DNA of 64,000 bases from Octopus sinensis (Eukaryota), in the NCBI RefSeq assembly GCF_006345805.1, contig NC_042997.1:183582001-183646000 (forward strand). The letters run 5' to 3'. Position 1 is the first letter of the stretch, and each line of letters opens with the position of its first letter. Under the pieces are notes generated by a model that was given only the letters and a program-made list of their open reading frames with translations, did no database searches and had not been told where the DNA came from. This document shows positions 11,940 through 25,137 of the stretch, in pieces. Made by a program: the position numbers and the translations under genes.

Positions 11940-12980
11940 TGTGTGTGGTGTGTGTGTGTGTGTGTGTATGTTCAATAATCAAATGAAGAGCGCTTTCTAC
12001 ATCGGGAATTCTTCTGAGAGCGCTTATAAACAAGTGTCGATAAATAGAATATAGGTGTGATGGGTCACAATGAGGTGTTTTTACTGCATTTTTGATTTAG
12101 AGACAAAATATATATTTTTACAAATGTTCACTACCTTACAAAAACTATATCAGCTTAGCAAATGGCCGTCCCTAAATGCATTAAAAATATTATAACATAA
12201 TCTGAACCCTATTTCAGAAGATTATCGCCGTTCTCTTTGAGTACATAAAAAACAAATTTGGGTGGGGCAAAATGGGTTAGCCAAGATACGGTAAATTTGC
12301 CGCTTCATTTCTCCAGAATTACATTTGGAAACAGACTCGTACACATCTTTAGACATCAGAAAGCAAAATAAAAAAAAAAGAAAAAAGGGACAAATGGCAG
12401 GTGATATGAAATTAACGAAACTCGACCAAAAGAAAAAGAAAACTCATCATAGAATATTTTCTATAGCTTCTTCCCGATCTGCTGGAGTGTCTCTCTTCGT
12501 GATATATTTACACACCATGCAGTTAAAGAAATCATTGAAGTTAGTCATCGCTCATATTATCTATCCCATTTGAGACATCACTTCTTAAACCTTGAAAATT
12601 ATCAAATTAGACATTAGTATAGGGAAAAAAATTAACTTGGAATCCAAGAGAGGAAAGAATATTGATTGTTAAGCACAAAAAATTATCCAGTTATTTTATT
12701 AGGTTCTTATTTGTCCTCGGGGTTATCTTTTCGACGGATTTCATTATAGACCTAGTTACAACATCATGTATGTATGTATGTATGTATGTATGTATGTATG
12801 TATGTATGTATGTATGTATGTATGTATGTAGGTGTACGTATGTATGCATGCATGCATGCATGTATGTATGTATGTATGTATGCATGTATGTATGTGTGTG
12901 TGTATGTATGTATGTATGTATGTATGTATGCATGCATGAATGCATGTATGTATGTTTTTATCTATGTATGTATGTATGTA

Positions 12981-14271
12981 CGAGGGACGTTCAATAAGTA
13001 ATTCCCCTTACCCACTTGCAATTATTTGATCTAGCTGAAATTTTGCATGTACAATTATTCATATCTCTATCGATTAAGTGGCAAATTACAGCTCTGGACT
13101 AATTGTGGTTTCTGATTTACAGGTATTTGAACTGAGTCAAGTATGAAATGGAGCCTGTTGAGTGTCAAGCAGTGATCCGGTTTTTGTATTTGAAAGGACG
13201 CACACCACGGAAGACTTTTGATGAAATGAAAGTAACTTATGGTGATGATGCTCCATCATATGACCTTGTAAAACGCTGGCATCGTGAATTTAAACATGGT
13301 CGGAACTCTGTGAAAACAGCTCCCAGATCTGGTCACACCCCTTCTGCCATTGATGAGGCACCTGTCCGTCAAGTTGAGGCTGCCATTTTGGAAGATTGAC
13401 GCATAACTATTCGCCAAATAGCCCATGAGGTCAAGATTGTACCGGGTCTGTGGAAACTATCATTCATGAACATTTGCATATGCAAAATGTGTCTGCAAGA
13501 TAGATTCCCAGGTTGCTCACACCTTTCCAGAAGCAAGAACGCGTCGAATGCTCGAGGATGAATTTGGAGATGTGCCAAGAAGATGAGTCAAAATTTTTCA
13601 AAAGACTGATTACACAGGATGAAACCTGGGTCCATCACGATGATCCAGAGACCAAAGCCCAGTCAATGCAGTGGAAGCACCGTGACTCACCTCCTCCAAA
13701 GAAGGTAAGGGTGCAGCCCTCCGCTGGCAAGGTCATGCTCACAGTCTTCTGGGACCAGGACGGAGTAGTGATGACAGATTTCCTGGCAAAAGGTACCACA
13801 ATTACAGGAGCCTATTATGCTTCACTTTTGAGGAATTTAAAAGAAGCTATCAAAATCAAGAGGCGGGGCAAGATCAGCAAAGGCATCCTCCTCCTGCAGG
13901 ACAACGCTCCGGTCCACAACTCGCTTGTCGCCAGATCAGAAGCACAGGCGTGCGGCTATGATCTCCACCCCATCCCCCCTACTCTCTTGACCTTGCACCC
14001 TCTGATGTTCACCTCTTCCCAGCCATGAAGTTGTTTTTGAAAGGAAAGCGTTTTCCAGATGATGCAGCCTTGATTTCTGAAGTCACGTCATGGTTGGAGG
14101 ACCAAGCTGGGGTCTTCTACAAAAACGGTCTCCAGAGCTGCATCAAACAATGGGACAAATGCGTAACTCTGGATAGTTCCTATGTAGAAAAAGACTAATA
14201 ACTGTGCCAGGTTTCCTTGCTCTACTACTATGGAAAGTGGGTCAGGGGCATTACTTATTGAACGCCCCTCG
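12981..14271 (+). mobile_element. Full-length mariner (DD34D, irritans/Hsmar2-like) with few lesions
   Basis: TIRs CGAGGG(A/G)CGTTCAATAAGTAAT..CCCT with TA TSDs, inserted in (TATG)n. Transposase 13148-14198 has ITQDETWVHH, KVMLTVFWD, LLQDNAPVH and YSLDLAPSD. One premature stop at 13397-13399 and about 2 frameshifts. Confidence 0.95.
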
Positions 14272-15534
14272 TATGTATGTATGCATGTATGTATGTATGT
14301 ATGTATGTATGTATGTATGTATGTATGTATGTATGTATGTATGTATGTATGTATGTATTAGCCCATGACGTGAGACTGTGTTTCAGCGACACACCCTTGT
14401 TTAAAATAACACTCGCTGCATACACACCAGCAACCAGACAGTTATAATACATACATACATACATACATACATACATACATACATACATACATACATACAT
14501 ACATACATACATACATACGTGTGTACACGTGTGTATCTTTAAGTACAGAGCTTAGACATGTCACAGTTACGATGGTATAAAACTCGCAACAAACGTGTGG
14601 TCACCTTCGTTGCCTTTACAATGAGATAGCTTAGTGTTGGATATTTGCCGTGAGGCTCTCTTGAGTAACCAATTTCAAAATGGTTACACCTTTCTTACAA
14701 GGCCATTAGCTGAATAAGTGAACTGACAAGTAATATGGGTGCGAACCAAATCGAAATTGTAGGTTTATCTAGATGTGGAGCTTGTGTTCCACTTATTTTA
14801 AGATACATGTCACAGACACGCATGCAGAAAGCACATATGTATATTGTTTAATGCGGTATGATAATTAGTTCAGTCTAGTATTGTTAACTCGACGCATGTT
14901 ATATTCTCTTTCAATTGTTGAACTGAGACCTGTTCGAGAATACATTGAATCGATGCCAGTTCATATCTGATACTTAACTCAAGTGCCACATAAAACAAAG
15001 TATGGGTTGCATGCCAACGCTTAAGCCATAGAGAAAAAAAAATTGAAGGTAAAACTTCTTATATAAATAACTTCAGCTTTATGTGCATATTTATAGGAAT
15101 GTTTATATATTGTGTAAAAGAAAAATAATTACTTTTGTTTGTAAAGTGAGAAATTACTATTTCAGATAAGCAGCGTGTCGATTGAAAGCTTTTATTCTGA
15201 CAATGTGCCAGCGGGTAATGTTGCGTAAATTTTGTGCAAATATTACTTATCTGTCCTGAAGATAAGGCAGAGAATTGTCTTTGCATCTATGATCAAACGG
15301 AATTCTTTTACTGGTTTGAGTAATTGAACTGCGGTCATATTTGGGCACCACTTTCGTGAGAGTTTTTTTCCATTCTTTCTTTAGTTGATTAAAGAGTTGT
15401 ATATGGATACGCTTTGTGCTAATATAGAGTGGAAATGATAAAGCATTTTCGAGTTTACTAGTGTATATGGATACGCTAGTAAACTCGAAAATAGCCTCAT
15501 ATCCTCACACAAACACTCACATATTTAAATACAT

Positions 15535-16517
15535 GCGTGCATACATACATACATACATGCATGTATGCATGCTAGTATGTATGCATGCATACATGCATAC
15601 ACACATACATGCATGCATGTATACAATCATACATGCATACATACCTACATACATGCATTCATTCATGCATGCATACATACATGCATACACACATGCATGC
15701 ATACATACATGCATGTATACAATCATACATGCATACATACCTACATACATGCATTCATTCATGCATGCATACATACATGCATACACACATGCATGCATAC
15801 ATACATGCATGTATACAATCATACATGCATGCATACCTACATACATGCATTCATTCATTCATGCATACATATATGCATGCATACATACATACATACATAA
15901 TACATACATACATGCATGTATGCATGCTAGTATGTATGCATGCATACAGACATACATGCATGCATGCATACATACATACATGTATACAATCATACATGCA
16001 TACATACCTACATACATGCATTCATTCATGCATGCATACATACATACATACTTACATACATACATGCATACATATATACGTACATGCATGCATACACACA
16101 CATGCATACATACATGCATGTATACAATCATACATGCATGCATACCTACATACATGCATTCATTTATTCATGCATACATATATGCATGCATGCATACATA
16201 CACACATACATACATACATACATACATACATAATACATACATACATGCAAGTATGTATGCATGCATACATGCATACACACATACATGCATACATACATAC
16301 ATGCATGTATACAATCATACATGCATACATATCTACATACATGCACTCATTCATGCATACATACATACATACATGCATGTATACAATCATGCAAACATAC
16401 ATACCTACATGCATGCATTCATTAATGCATACATACATACATACATACATTCATATACAAATACATACATACATACATACATACATACATACATACATAC
16501 ATACATACATACATACA

Positions 16518-16547
<30 letters not shown>
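15535..16547. repeat. Compound (CATA/CATG) microsatellite with higher-order ~96-bp minisatellite units
   Basis: The marker TACAATC recurs at 15622, 15718 and 15814 (96-bp period) and irregularly afterwards. Confidence 0.9.
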
Positions 16548-16548
<1 letters not shown>

Positions 16549-16837
16549 GCGCAATGAACAAATGACAAAAGTCGAAAAGGTCTATTATAAAACGGATTTG
16601 CTGAACCAAGACTCAGACGATCTCCTGTTGGTTCCTTATAATAATAATAATGAAATTATTGTATACAGTACTCAGGTGCACCACAACTTGTCAAAAGTGC
16701 GTATAAAGCATATGCTTAGTTGTAATGAATTGAGGAACTTATCTTGATTTCATTAATTAATATCTAACTGGGTAGCATAAGCTTCTATGCTTTCAAGAAA
16801 CAAATTTAACAAGCTGTACACAATCGAAATCTGTATT

Positions 16838-17212
16838 TTTCACTGTTTCAGTCATTGGACTGCAGCCATTCTGGGGCACTGCTTTGAAGGGCTTGGTCGA
16901 ACAAATCGACCCCAGTTCTTATATTTAAAGTCTGATACTTATTCTATCGGGCTAATGTTACGTGAATATAAACAAACCAACACCAACACAAGTTGTCATG
17001 TGGACAAACACAAAGGTACAAGCACGTTCATTCCTCACACATATACACGACGGACTTCCACACAGTTTCCGTCTATCGAAATTCACTCACAAGGCATTTG
17101 TTGACCCATATCTTTAGTTGAAAAGACTTGCTCAAGGTGCTGCACAATAAGATTGAACCCGAAATCGCATAGTTGCAAAGTGAGCTTGTTAACTACACAA
17201 CCATATCTGCAC
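16838..17212 (-). mobile_element. SINE family B, older diverged copy
   Basis: Degenerate reverse match. Confidence 0.7.
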
Positions 17213-17288
17213 ATGTATGAGATAAATTAATTAGTATAATCCAGATTATCAGTCACCATAATCTCAAATCTTGATAATCTGAAAAGTA

Positions 17289-17492
17289 TACTCTTTTACT
17301 TGTTTCAGTCATTTGACAGCGGCCATGCTGGAGCACCGCCTTTAGTCGAGCAAATCGACCCCAGGACTTATTCTTTGTAAGCCTAGTACTTATTCTATCG
17401 GTTCCCTTTGCTGAACCGCTAAGTTACGAGGGACATAAACACATAAACATTGGTTGTCAAGCGATGGTGGGAATACACACATATACACACAC

Positions 17493-17566
<74 letters not shown>

Positions 17567-17897
17567 CGACGGGCTTCTTTCAGTTACCGTCTACCATCGG
17601 TCTCTTTTGCCGAACCACTAAGTTATGGTGACGTAAACACACCAGCATCGGTTATCAAGCGATGTTGGGGGGGACAAACACAAACACACAAACATATACA
17701 TACACGCGCCGCGCGTGCACACACACACACACACACACATATACGACAGGCTTCTTTCAGTTTCCGTCTACCAAATCCACCGACAAGGCTTTGGTCGGCC
17801 CGAGGCTATAGTAGAAGACACTTGCCCAAGGTGCAACGCAGTGGGACTGAACCGGGAACCATGTGGTTGGTAAGCAAGCTACTTACCACACAGCCAC
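17289..17897 (-). mobile_element. SINE family B with internally duplicated middle
   Basis: Two microsatellite-bearing middle modules in tandem. Confidence 0.85.
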
Positions 17898-18635
17898 TAG
17901 ATATAAATAACATTTTTTTTCTCTCTACGCGGTTAAAAAAAAAAACCACGAAATACTAATTTCAGACCTCAGTAAACGGCTTCAAATATTTAAGAGGAAT
18001 TGAGACTGCATGTCATGCATATCGTTTTCAAGATCATTAGTAAAGGAAGAGCTTTAAAGTGTCTACATGAAAGAAAAACATTCACATCACACGTAAAGTA
18101 CAACGCCTCAAATTTGGTGGAGTGCATAGTCGATTAGTTCAACGCAACTACTCAACTGATACTTATTTTATCAAGCACAGATGAATAATTGGCAAAGTTG
18201 ATCTCTGTGGGAATTGAAATTTGATCGAGAATATGTCTTAACTAAATAGTGTAAAGCATCTTCTTTAACACCTTAAGATTCTGCCAATACAACAGAGAAA
18301 ACTATAGAGGTCTTCTATCAACAAAAGCTATGTATCATGTAGGCCAATTGTATGAGCTACTTAATAATTTGTATCTATTTTATCGAATCCCTCTTCACTA
18401 TAAAAGGGTAAAACGATAAATCAACATTGGGCAGACTTGGACGCAGAATATACAAGATCGAGACTAAATATTGCACAGTAGTTATTCCAATGTTTTATCA
18501 TTTCCACTCTATATTAGCACAAAGCGTTTCATATTGCATTCGAAAACTCGTCATTTCTCGCCTTCATACTTAGTTATAAATTTTTAAAAATAATTAAAAC
18601 AGTAAGAAAATAATTCCTTTCTATAATAGACACAA

Positions 18636-18822
18636 GGCCTGAAATTTGGGGGAGGAGCTAGCTGTGTATATTGATCCCAATACTCAACTAGTACTTATTT
18701 TATCGACTCCGAAAGGATGAAAAGCAAAATTGACCTCGGCGGTATTTAAACTCAAAATGTAAAGACGAATGAAATACTAATAAACATTTTGCCCGGCGTG
18801 CTAACGATTCTGGCAGCTCACC
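18636..18822 (-). mobile_element. SINE family A, diverged copy
   Basis: Reverse-complement match to family A. Confidence 0.7.
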
Positions 18823-18887
18823 GGTAAAAGATGATAAAATATATACTCTTTTTTTTTTTTTAAATGCGCAAAAAAAATAATAAAATA

Positions 18888-19048
18888 TACTCTCTTTACT
18901 CTTTTACTCTTTTACTTGTTTCAGTCATTTGACTGTGGTCATGCTGGAGCACCGCCTTTAGTGGATCAAATCGACCCCAGGACTTATTCTTTGTCCAGCA
19001 TCGGTTGTCAAATGATGCTGATGGGGGGGGGGGGACAAACACAGACAC

Positions 19049-19082
<34 letters not shown>

Positions 19083-19245
19083 CGACAGGTTTCTTTTAGT
19101 TTCCGTCTACCAAATCCACTTACAAGGCTTTGGTCGGCCTGGGGCTATAGTAGGAGTCACTTGCCCAAGGTGCCACGCAGTGGGACTGAACCCGAACCAT
19201 GTGGTTGATAAGCAAGCTACTTACCACACAATCACTCCTGCACCT
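18888..19245 (-). mobile_element. SINE family B
   Basis: Reverse match with an internal deletion. Confidence 0.85.
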
Positions 19246-19721
19246 ATACAGATACTCTTAAAAAAAATTTAGAAGCTCAGCTGCTAACAAACGATCAGTT
19301 GCTTTTTCTTAACTCCAAATTAAAGGCAAAACTGCATTTCCCAAACTTTCATAAATGCATTCATGAGCAAAATTTCCTTCTCGTTAAATAATACTTTTCG
19401 TAAGTTTCAATGAGAAAGAATGGAGTTTCATCCATGACCCTCACCCATGATATTTGCCTATAACCTTCGCCTACACTTTGCTCATGATCCTCGCACGCCT
19501 TTCAAGACTGGTAGTCTTGATTTTATGAAGTTGATTTTATCTTATACATCTACAAGTCAACGATTGCAGGAAAACGCGGATAAGAAAGGTATTCCAGTAA
19601 GTTGTGGTTCTGCAAATGAATGATTGAGTAATGGGGTTAGAACGCGTCTGATGGGAAGGGGAGTCAGCATAGCTGGCAAGAGACGAGTGTATCAGTTGGG
19701 CTTGTGTGGAAGTGGTATGTA

Positions 19722-19890
19722 CCGTATTTTAACGTGTATAAGGAACCCCCACTTTTTTTTTGTCAAAAATTAGGTTAAAAAAGTATGGTAGTTTCTTATA
19801 CATGGATAGTATTAAAATCCCTTAAAAAACTTTTTTTCGAAATTTTAAGCCCCCAAAATTAGGGAGTTCTTTAATCACTTTAAAATACGG
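19722..19890. mobile_element. pogo/Tc2-like MITE
   Basis: TA-CCGTATTTTAA...TTAAAATACGG-TA termini with imperfect TIRs of about 30 bp. Confidence 0.75.
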
Positions 19891-20066
19891 TAATTAGCTA
19901 GATTTGAGTAGAGGCTTTTGCTGTAGCCCTAGGAAAGGTAGAGTGAGGAGACACTGTTTTTTTGTCAAATTTCTCGGTGGTGAGAGATTAGTGAGTGATA
20001 CAAGAAAAGTGTCTTCTGTAAATGTAGTTTTAAGTAAGCCTTGCTAGTTGTCATTGAATATATATA

Positions 20067-20330
20067 TAGTTAATCCAAACATGAAAACACAACAACGCGA
20101 GGACGTGGAACAAGTACAGTGTTATTGGACGCTCAGGAAAGGAAAGAAAGAAGGAGGATTTAACGTTTCGAGCGGAGCTATTCGTCAGAAATATAGGAAA
20201 AGGAAAGATCCAAGGAAGGGAAGACGGGGGGAAAAATCGCCAACGATACACAAGTGGTCACATTTTGAATGACCGGAAGGGAATGGGTGAAGAAAAAGTT
20301 CTTTCAAAGACAGGAGAGTGCAAGAGAAGG
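20067..20330 (-). mobile_element. pLTR-like repeat with minimal hammerhead ribozyme motif (copy 1)
   Basis: Homologous to 29533-29720 and starts at a (TA)n tract. Minus strand 20192-20158 reads ATTT-CTGACGA-ATAGCTCCGCTC-GAAA-CGTT-AAAT. Confidence 0.75.
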
Positions 20331-20373
20331 AGGTATGTGTGAGTATGTGTGGATATGTGCGTGTGCGCAGGTC

Positions 20374-20408
<35 letters not shown>

Positions 20409-20466
20409 TTGTGGCTGTTAATCTATGTGTAGTTGGGTTTAGAATCGTTTAAGGTCATACGAAGAA

Positions 20467-20510
<44 letters not shown>

Positions 20511-21087
20511 AGAAAGAGAAAGTGAGAGAGAGAGAGAGAGACAGAGAGACAGAGTAAGTGTGGGACTTACTCTATTAGGAGATATGGTTAAGGATTGATG
20601 CCATCACCTTTGAGATGTTGGAAGCTAGAACGACAGATCGACAATTGGTGAGTCAGGAAAGTCACACATATAGTATGTTTGTAAAGATCAGGATAAATCC
20701 ACGCAGAGAGAAAGATTGAATACTTTGGCGTGGATGGGCTAACTCTGAGACACAGTGTTCGAAAGTAATGGAAAGAATATTATCAGCGTTGGTAGCCTTG
20801 TTGGTTTGGTGTGATCGGCGGTCCTTCCGGTGTTGATACATGGTGGCGAGACTCCTGAAATAGGAAAGGAAAGTCTTGCCTTGTGTGTGCAGTGTGTTGT
20901 TGGATTCAAAGCAGATAGTAAGTGTGGCGAGTTCCTCTGTGAGACTATTTCTTATGACGTATCACAATTGAGGAATAGCGTGTAGATGAATTCTGTAAAG
21001 TTGGTGGAGATATGCTAGCAATAGGTCAGCTTTGATTTGGAAACAACTGTTTGCCGGAATTACAGTGGTGAGTAAAAGTTGTCTAGT

Positions 21088-21420
21088 CGAACAACTGTGA
21101 ACTTCGTAGTGATCGACATTATAATGATCAGATTAGATATGTAAGTTCTTTTAATTCCCAGACCATCTTTAAATGACGGTCTGACCATCTGCCAAGCAAA
21201 TGGGAAGCAGTAATTGAAGTAGATGGGGAATATGCTCCGGAATAATCATTTAAAGATGTTTTTGTTATATGTGGTTATTGTTTTTGTTGAATAAAATTTG
21301 TTGAAAAAAGCCGCATTAATTATGCACAAACCCAATAGCTTTTGCGAACAACTGTGAACTTCGTAGTGATCGACATTATAATGATCAGATTAGATATGTA
21401 AGTTCCTTTAATTCCCAGAC
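21088..21420 (+). repeat. 76-bp direct repeat (21088-21163 and 21345-21420) flanking the mariner fragment
   Basis: CGAACAACTGTGAAC...TAATTCCCAGAC occurs twice, with 1 mismatch. Confidence 0.92.
21164..21337 (+). mobile_element. 3' fragment of a mariner (C-terminus plus right TIR)
   Basis: Encodes LPSKWEAVIEVDGEYAPE* and ends in AAGCCGCATTAATTATGCACAAACCCAA-TA, a mariner-type TIR. Confidence 0.75.
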
Positions 21421-22201
21421 TAAGTAGTGTTCTATTAAGAACGATCTTTCTTTTGAAGAATTTCGGGAACCAATACTTATAAAAGAGAAGAATGAGGAGC
21501 ATTCATTACCGAATTTAGTATGGACTAATAAACTGTTTTGACAGGTGGTTATTAACTCGGATTACCAAACTGTTTTCACAATGCGAAGTGGAGGCCCAGC
21601 TCATGAAAATAAACCATATTCCAGTTGCTTTGATTGTTACTCTTACCGAAAACCTATCTCGATTAGTAAGAGCTTCTTCAAAGAGCCACATCTGCCATTC
21701 TGCATCACATGAAATGGAAGTTATTCTAGAATCGCAAAATTTTGTGTGACCTTTAATATTAACTAGAACAGGTGCCGAATTATTATGATAGCATATTAAT
21801 CAAAACAATTAACTTTAATAGGGTTAATTCTTTTTACTGCTTCTTTATTATTTCCCCATTCAGTTAGGTAGGTAGACTTCAGTTAGTTGTCAGTTATAGT
21901 TTACATAAAGACCGGAGATAAGAGCGAAGAAGTCTGATGTACGTAAATAAATAATCTAAGAACTTTTGTGCATCGATTATGTAAGCTTTCTACAATAATT
22001 TGTCTTTATTCCTGAAGGCAGCCGCGACCTGGTTTCTCTCACAAAAACAGTTTGGTAAAGGAATGGAAAAGATACTCGTACATCTTCACACATTCAGTTC
22101 TATGTAAATTGAATTAGTACAACTAACAATAAGGATATCTGATGCTCAAATACTAAGACAAAAGCCCTAATGAAAAGATATCAAATGAAAACAAAATGGT
22201 G

Positions 22202-22245
<44 letters not shown>

Positions 22246-22442
22246 AAATAAGTAACAAGGATATCCAGAGATAATGCAGTACGATCGTTTCATGCAACTC
22301 CATTTAATTGAACAATGTTTTTTATTTTAATCACCTTATTTTGAAATTGTATGGATAATACCGTTCAAAATTCTGGTGCCTCAACTTAAGTACCATATTC
22401 ATTTGAATCTAAATTTTTGCTTATATTGCACACACACACACC

Positions 22443-22504
<62 letters not shown>

Positions 22505-23278
22505 CACACACACACACACACACACAGAGGCAGTTATGCGGATAAGCAAATTAAATATAACAGCTTGGGTTTGATATACAATGTGTGTGCGTGCGTGTAC
22601 CTGCGTGTATACATGTAAAGAGAAAGAAAGCAAAGACTGAAGATTTTCAGGCGATAAATTTTTAAGTATAGATATATAGATATTAATACATTAATAGATG
22701 AAACTTACACAGAGTATAGACGGCAGATAAAATTAATGGGGAGACGGTAAGGTGTTACAAGTCCAACAACTGTTTCTGGGAGATCAGAGATCCATCATAA
22801 TGTTGGTAGATATAGTTCACCAAAATATGGGATCAAATAAACATTGGATAAATCGAGCCTCCGTCATCAGGGTAGAAATCTTACATTTCAGATCATGATG
22901 CAGAGAAATCTAAGTGGAATGTTTAAATGTGGAGATCAAGCAGTATTGGAGGGAGGAAGCAGGAGGCTCGGTGGGGGTGTTGAGGCAGGAAAGGGTGAAA
23001 AGAGATAAGAGAGTCAGTTCAGGAAGGTGGAGTGGGGTTAACAATCAAGGTATTGAGAGAGGTACTAGTAGGGGTGGCGAGTTAGGAGATAAGTGAGGGA
23101 AAGAGGTAGTAATTGAAAGGTGGTTAGTTATTTTGGGGTTTGTGAATAAATGTCAAGGTGGGGGCGATATATTTATAATACAGATACACACACACACACA
23201 CACACGTATAAAACATATATTGATACACACACACACACACACACGTATAAAACATATATTGATACACACACACACACA

Positions 23279-23345
<67 letters not shown>

Positions 23346-23394
23346 CACACACACACGCGCGCGCATACACACACACACACATACACACACACAC

Positions 23395-23800
23395 ATAGTT
23401 GAAATTTATAGAAAAACATACGAAAATAAATGTATGAACAACAAGCAAGTGTATTAGTTTGACGCTCGGGAAAGTGAAAAAGTCATTTACGTTTCGAGCC
23501 TACGCTCTTCAACAGAACGGTATAAGAGAAAAGAAACAGAGAGAATAAAAAAAAACTTGTGGATTTAGCGGTCGAGTTTGGCAACTGACAGGAAAATTCG
23601 AGGGCAGGATGGAAGGATTGGACAAAAGAGAGGAAGGAGTCTAGTTGTTCGCAGGGGAGTGAGATCGCACCGATACAGTCATCAATATAACGATCGTATA
23701 GTTCGGGAATGGGACCAGTAAATCGTGGGAATATTTGGGCCCCAACGTAGCCAACAAACAGGTTCGCATGGTTGGGGGCCCATTCACGTTCCCATGGCAA
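23395..23800 (-). mobile_element. Penelope-like element fragment: RT core plus pLTR with hammerhead motif
   Basis: PNHANLFVGYV...RYIDDCIG...FVQSFHPALEF is a PLE RT. It is joined to a pLTR-like segment carrying a hammerhead-like motif at 23485-23518. Confidence 0.8.
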
Positions 23801-23996
23801 TTCCCGAGAATTGTTGGTAAAAATCACCCGCAAACGAGAAGCAGCTGAGGGAGAGAACAAGTTTGGCCAGACGAAGAAGTGTGGAGATGTCAGGTTGGGG
23901 GTTGGGTCGAAGGTCGAGAAAGTGTTTAAGTGCTTATACATATATGCACGCAAAAATATATAGGAACACACACACACACACAGTATATATGTATGC

Positions 23997-24064
<68 letters not shown>

Positions 24065-24697
24065 ATATATATATCACAACATGAATAAACTGGATTAGAA
24101 ATTATATTAGAGAAAAACGACAGTTCTAAAACGTTGTTTACTCACCAAGACAACAAGAAAACAAACTTATGATCAAAGATGTTCCGATCGTGACCATCTC
24201 ATTTTTTTTATTCAGAAATATTATCTAATACTAAATTATCCAACCTTTTCTCTCCCACCTTTTTTTAGCAAGATAGGATTTGAGGGCTATGTGGCTGCTA
24301 TCTCTAGCAAGTCGAGCGACTTCATAAAGGCTTCCTTATTGGCTTGAGTTCAAAAAATAAGAAAGGGCTGTAAACAAACGTTAAATTTAAACACGTCTGA
24401 GTTAAAGGAAGAAGAAAACGTGGAAAATAGCAACAAAGCAAAATGAAATAGGTCAAAATAGTGAAAAGAAGTGTTAAAGAAATTTACACATGTGTTTAAA
24501 TTTAGCTAACTAAAGCGAACTGATATTAGAGATAATATAAAATGACTATGATATTAAGGTATGTAGATTTTTCAGAATTTCCGAGTTGTACTTGTTTGGC
24601 AAGTACCTGAGGTTTGAGAGCGTCTGTTGATACAAGCAAATTACGACATGGAAGTCTCATTTAACCCTTTGCATGTTTTGACTGTCCAAAGCACAGT

Positions 24698-25137
24698 ACC
24701 TATTTCTTTACTACCCACAAGGGGCTAAACACAGAGAGGACAAACAAGGACAGACAAACGGATTAAGTTGATTATATCGACCCAGTGCGTAACTGGTACT
24801 TATTTAATCGACCCCGAAAGGATGAAAGGCAAAGTCGACCTCGGCGGAATTTGAACTCAGAACGTAGCGACGAGCGAAATACCTATTTCTTTACTACCCA
24901 CAAGGGGCTAAACACAGAGGGAACAAACAAGGACAGACAAACGGATTAAGTCGATTACATCGACCCTAGTGCGTAACTGGCACTTAATTTATTGACCCGA
25001 AAGGATGAAAGGCAAAGTCGACCTCGGCGGAATTTGAACTCAGAGCGTAACGGCAGACGAAATACGGCTACGCATTTCACCCGGCGTGCTAACGCATTTC
25101 GCCCGGTGTCCTAACGATTCTGCCAGCTCGCCGCCTT
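24698..25137 (-). mobile_element. SINE family A, tandem partial dimer
   Basis: Two consecutive 3' bodies; flanked by the TSD-like repeat TCCAAAG.AC.GTACC. Confidence 0.85.

Noticed and set aside
9117-14271. Fanzor/TnpB cargo inside the DNA transposons
   Set aside because: Element lengths (1.3-1.5 kb) are fully accounted for by the transposase; no RuvC or Zn-finger Fanzor-like motifs were seen.
15461-16747. 428-aa and 326-aa ORFs
   Set aside because: They are translations of a CATA/CATG repeat that lacks stop codons by composition.
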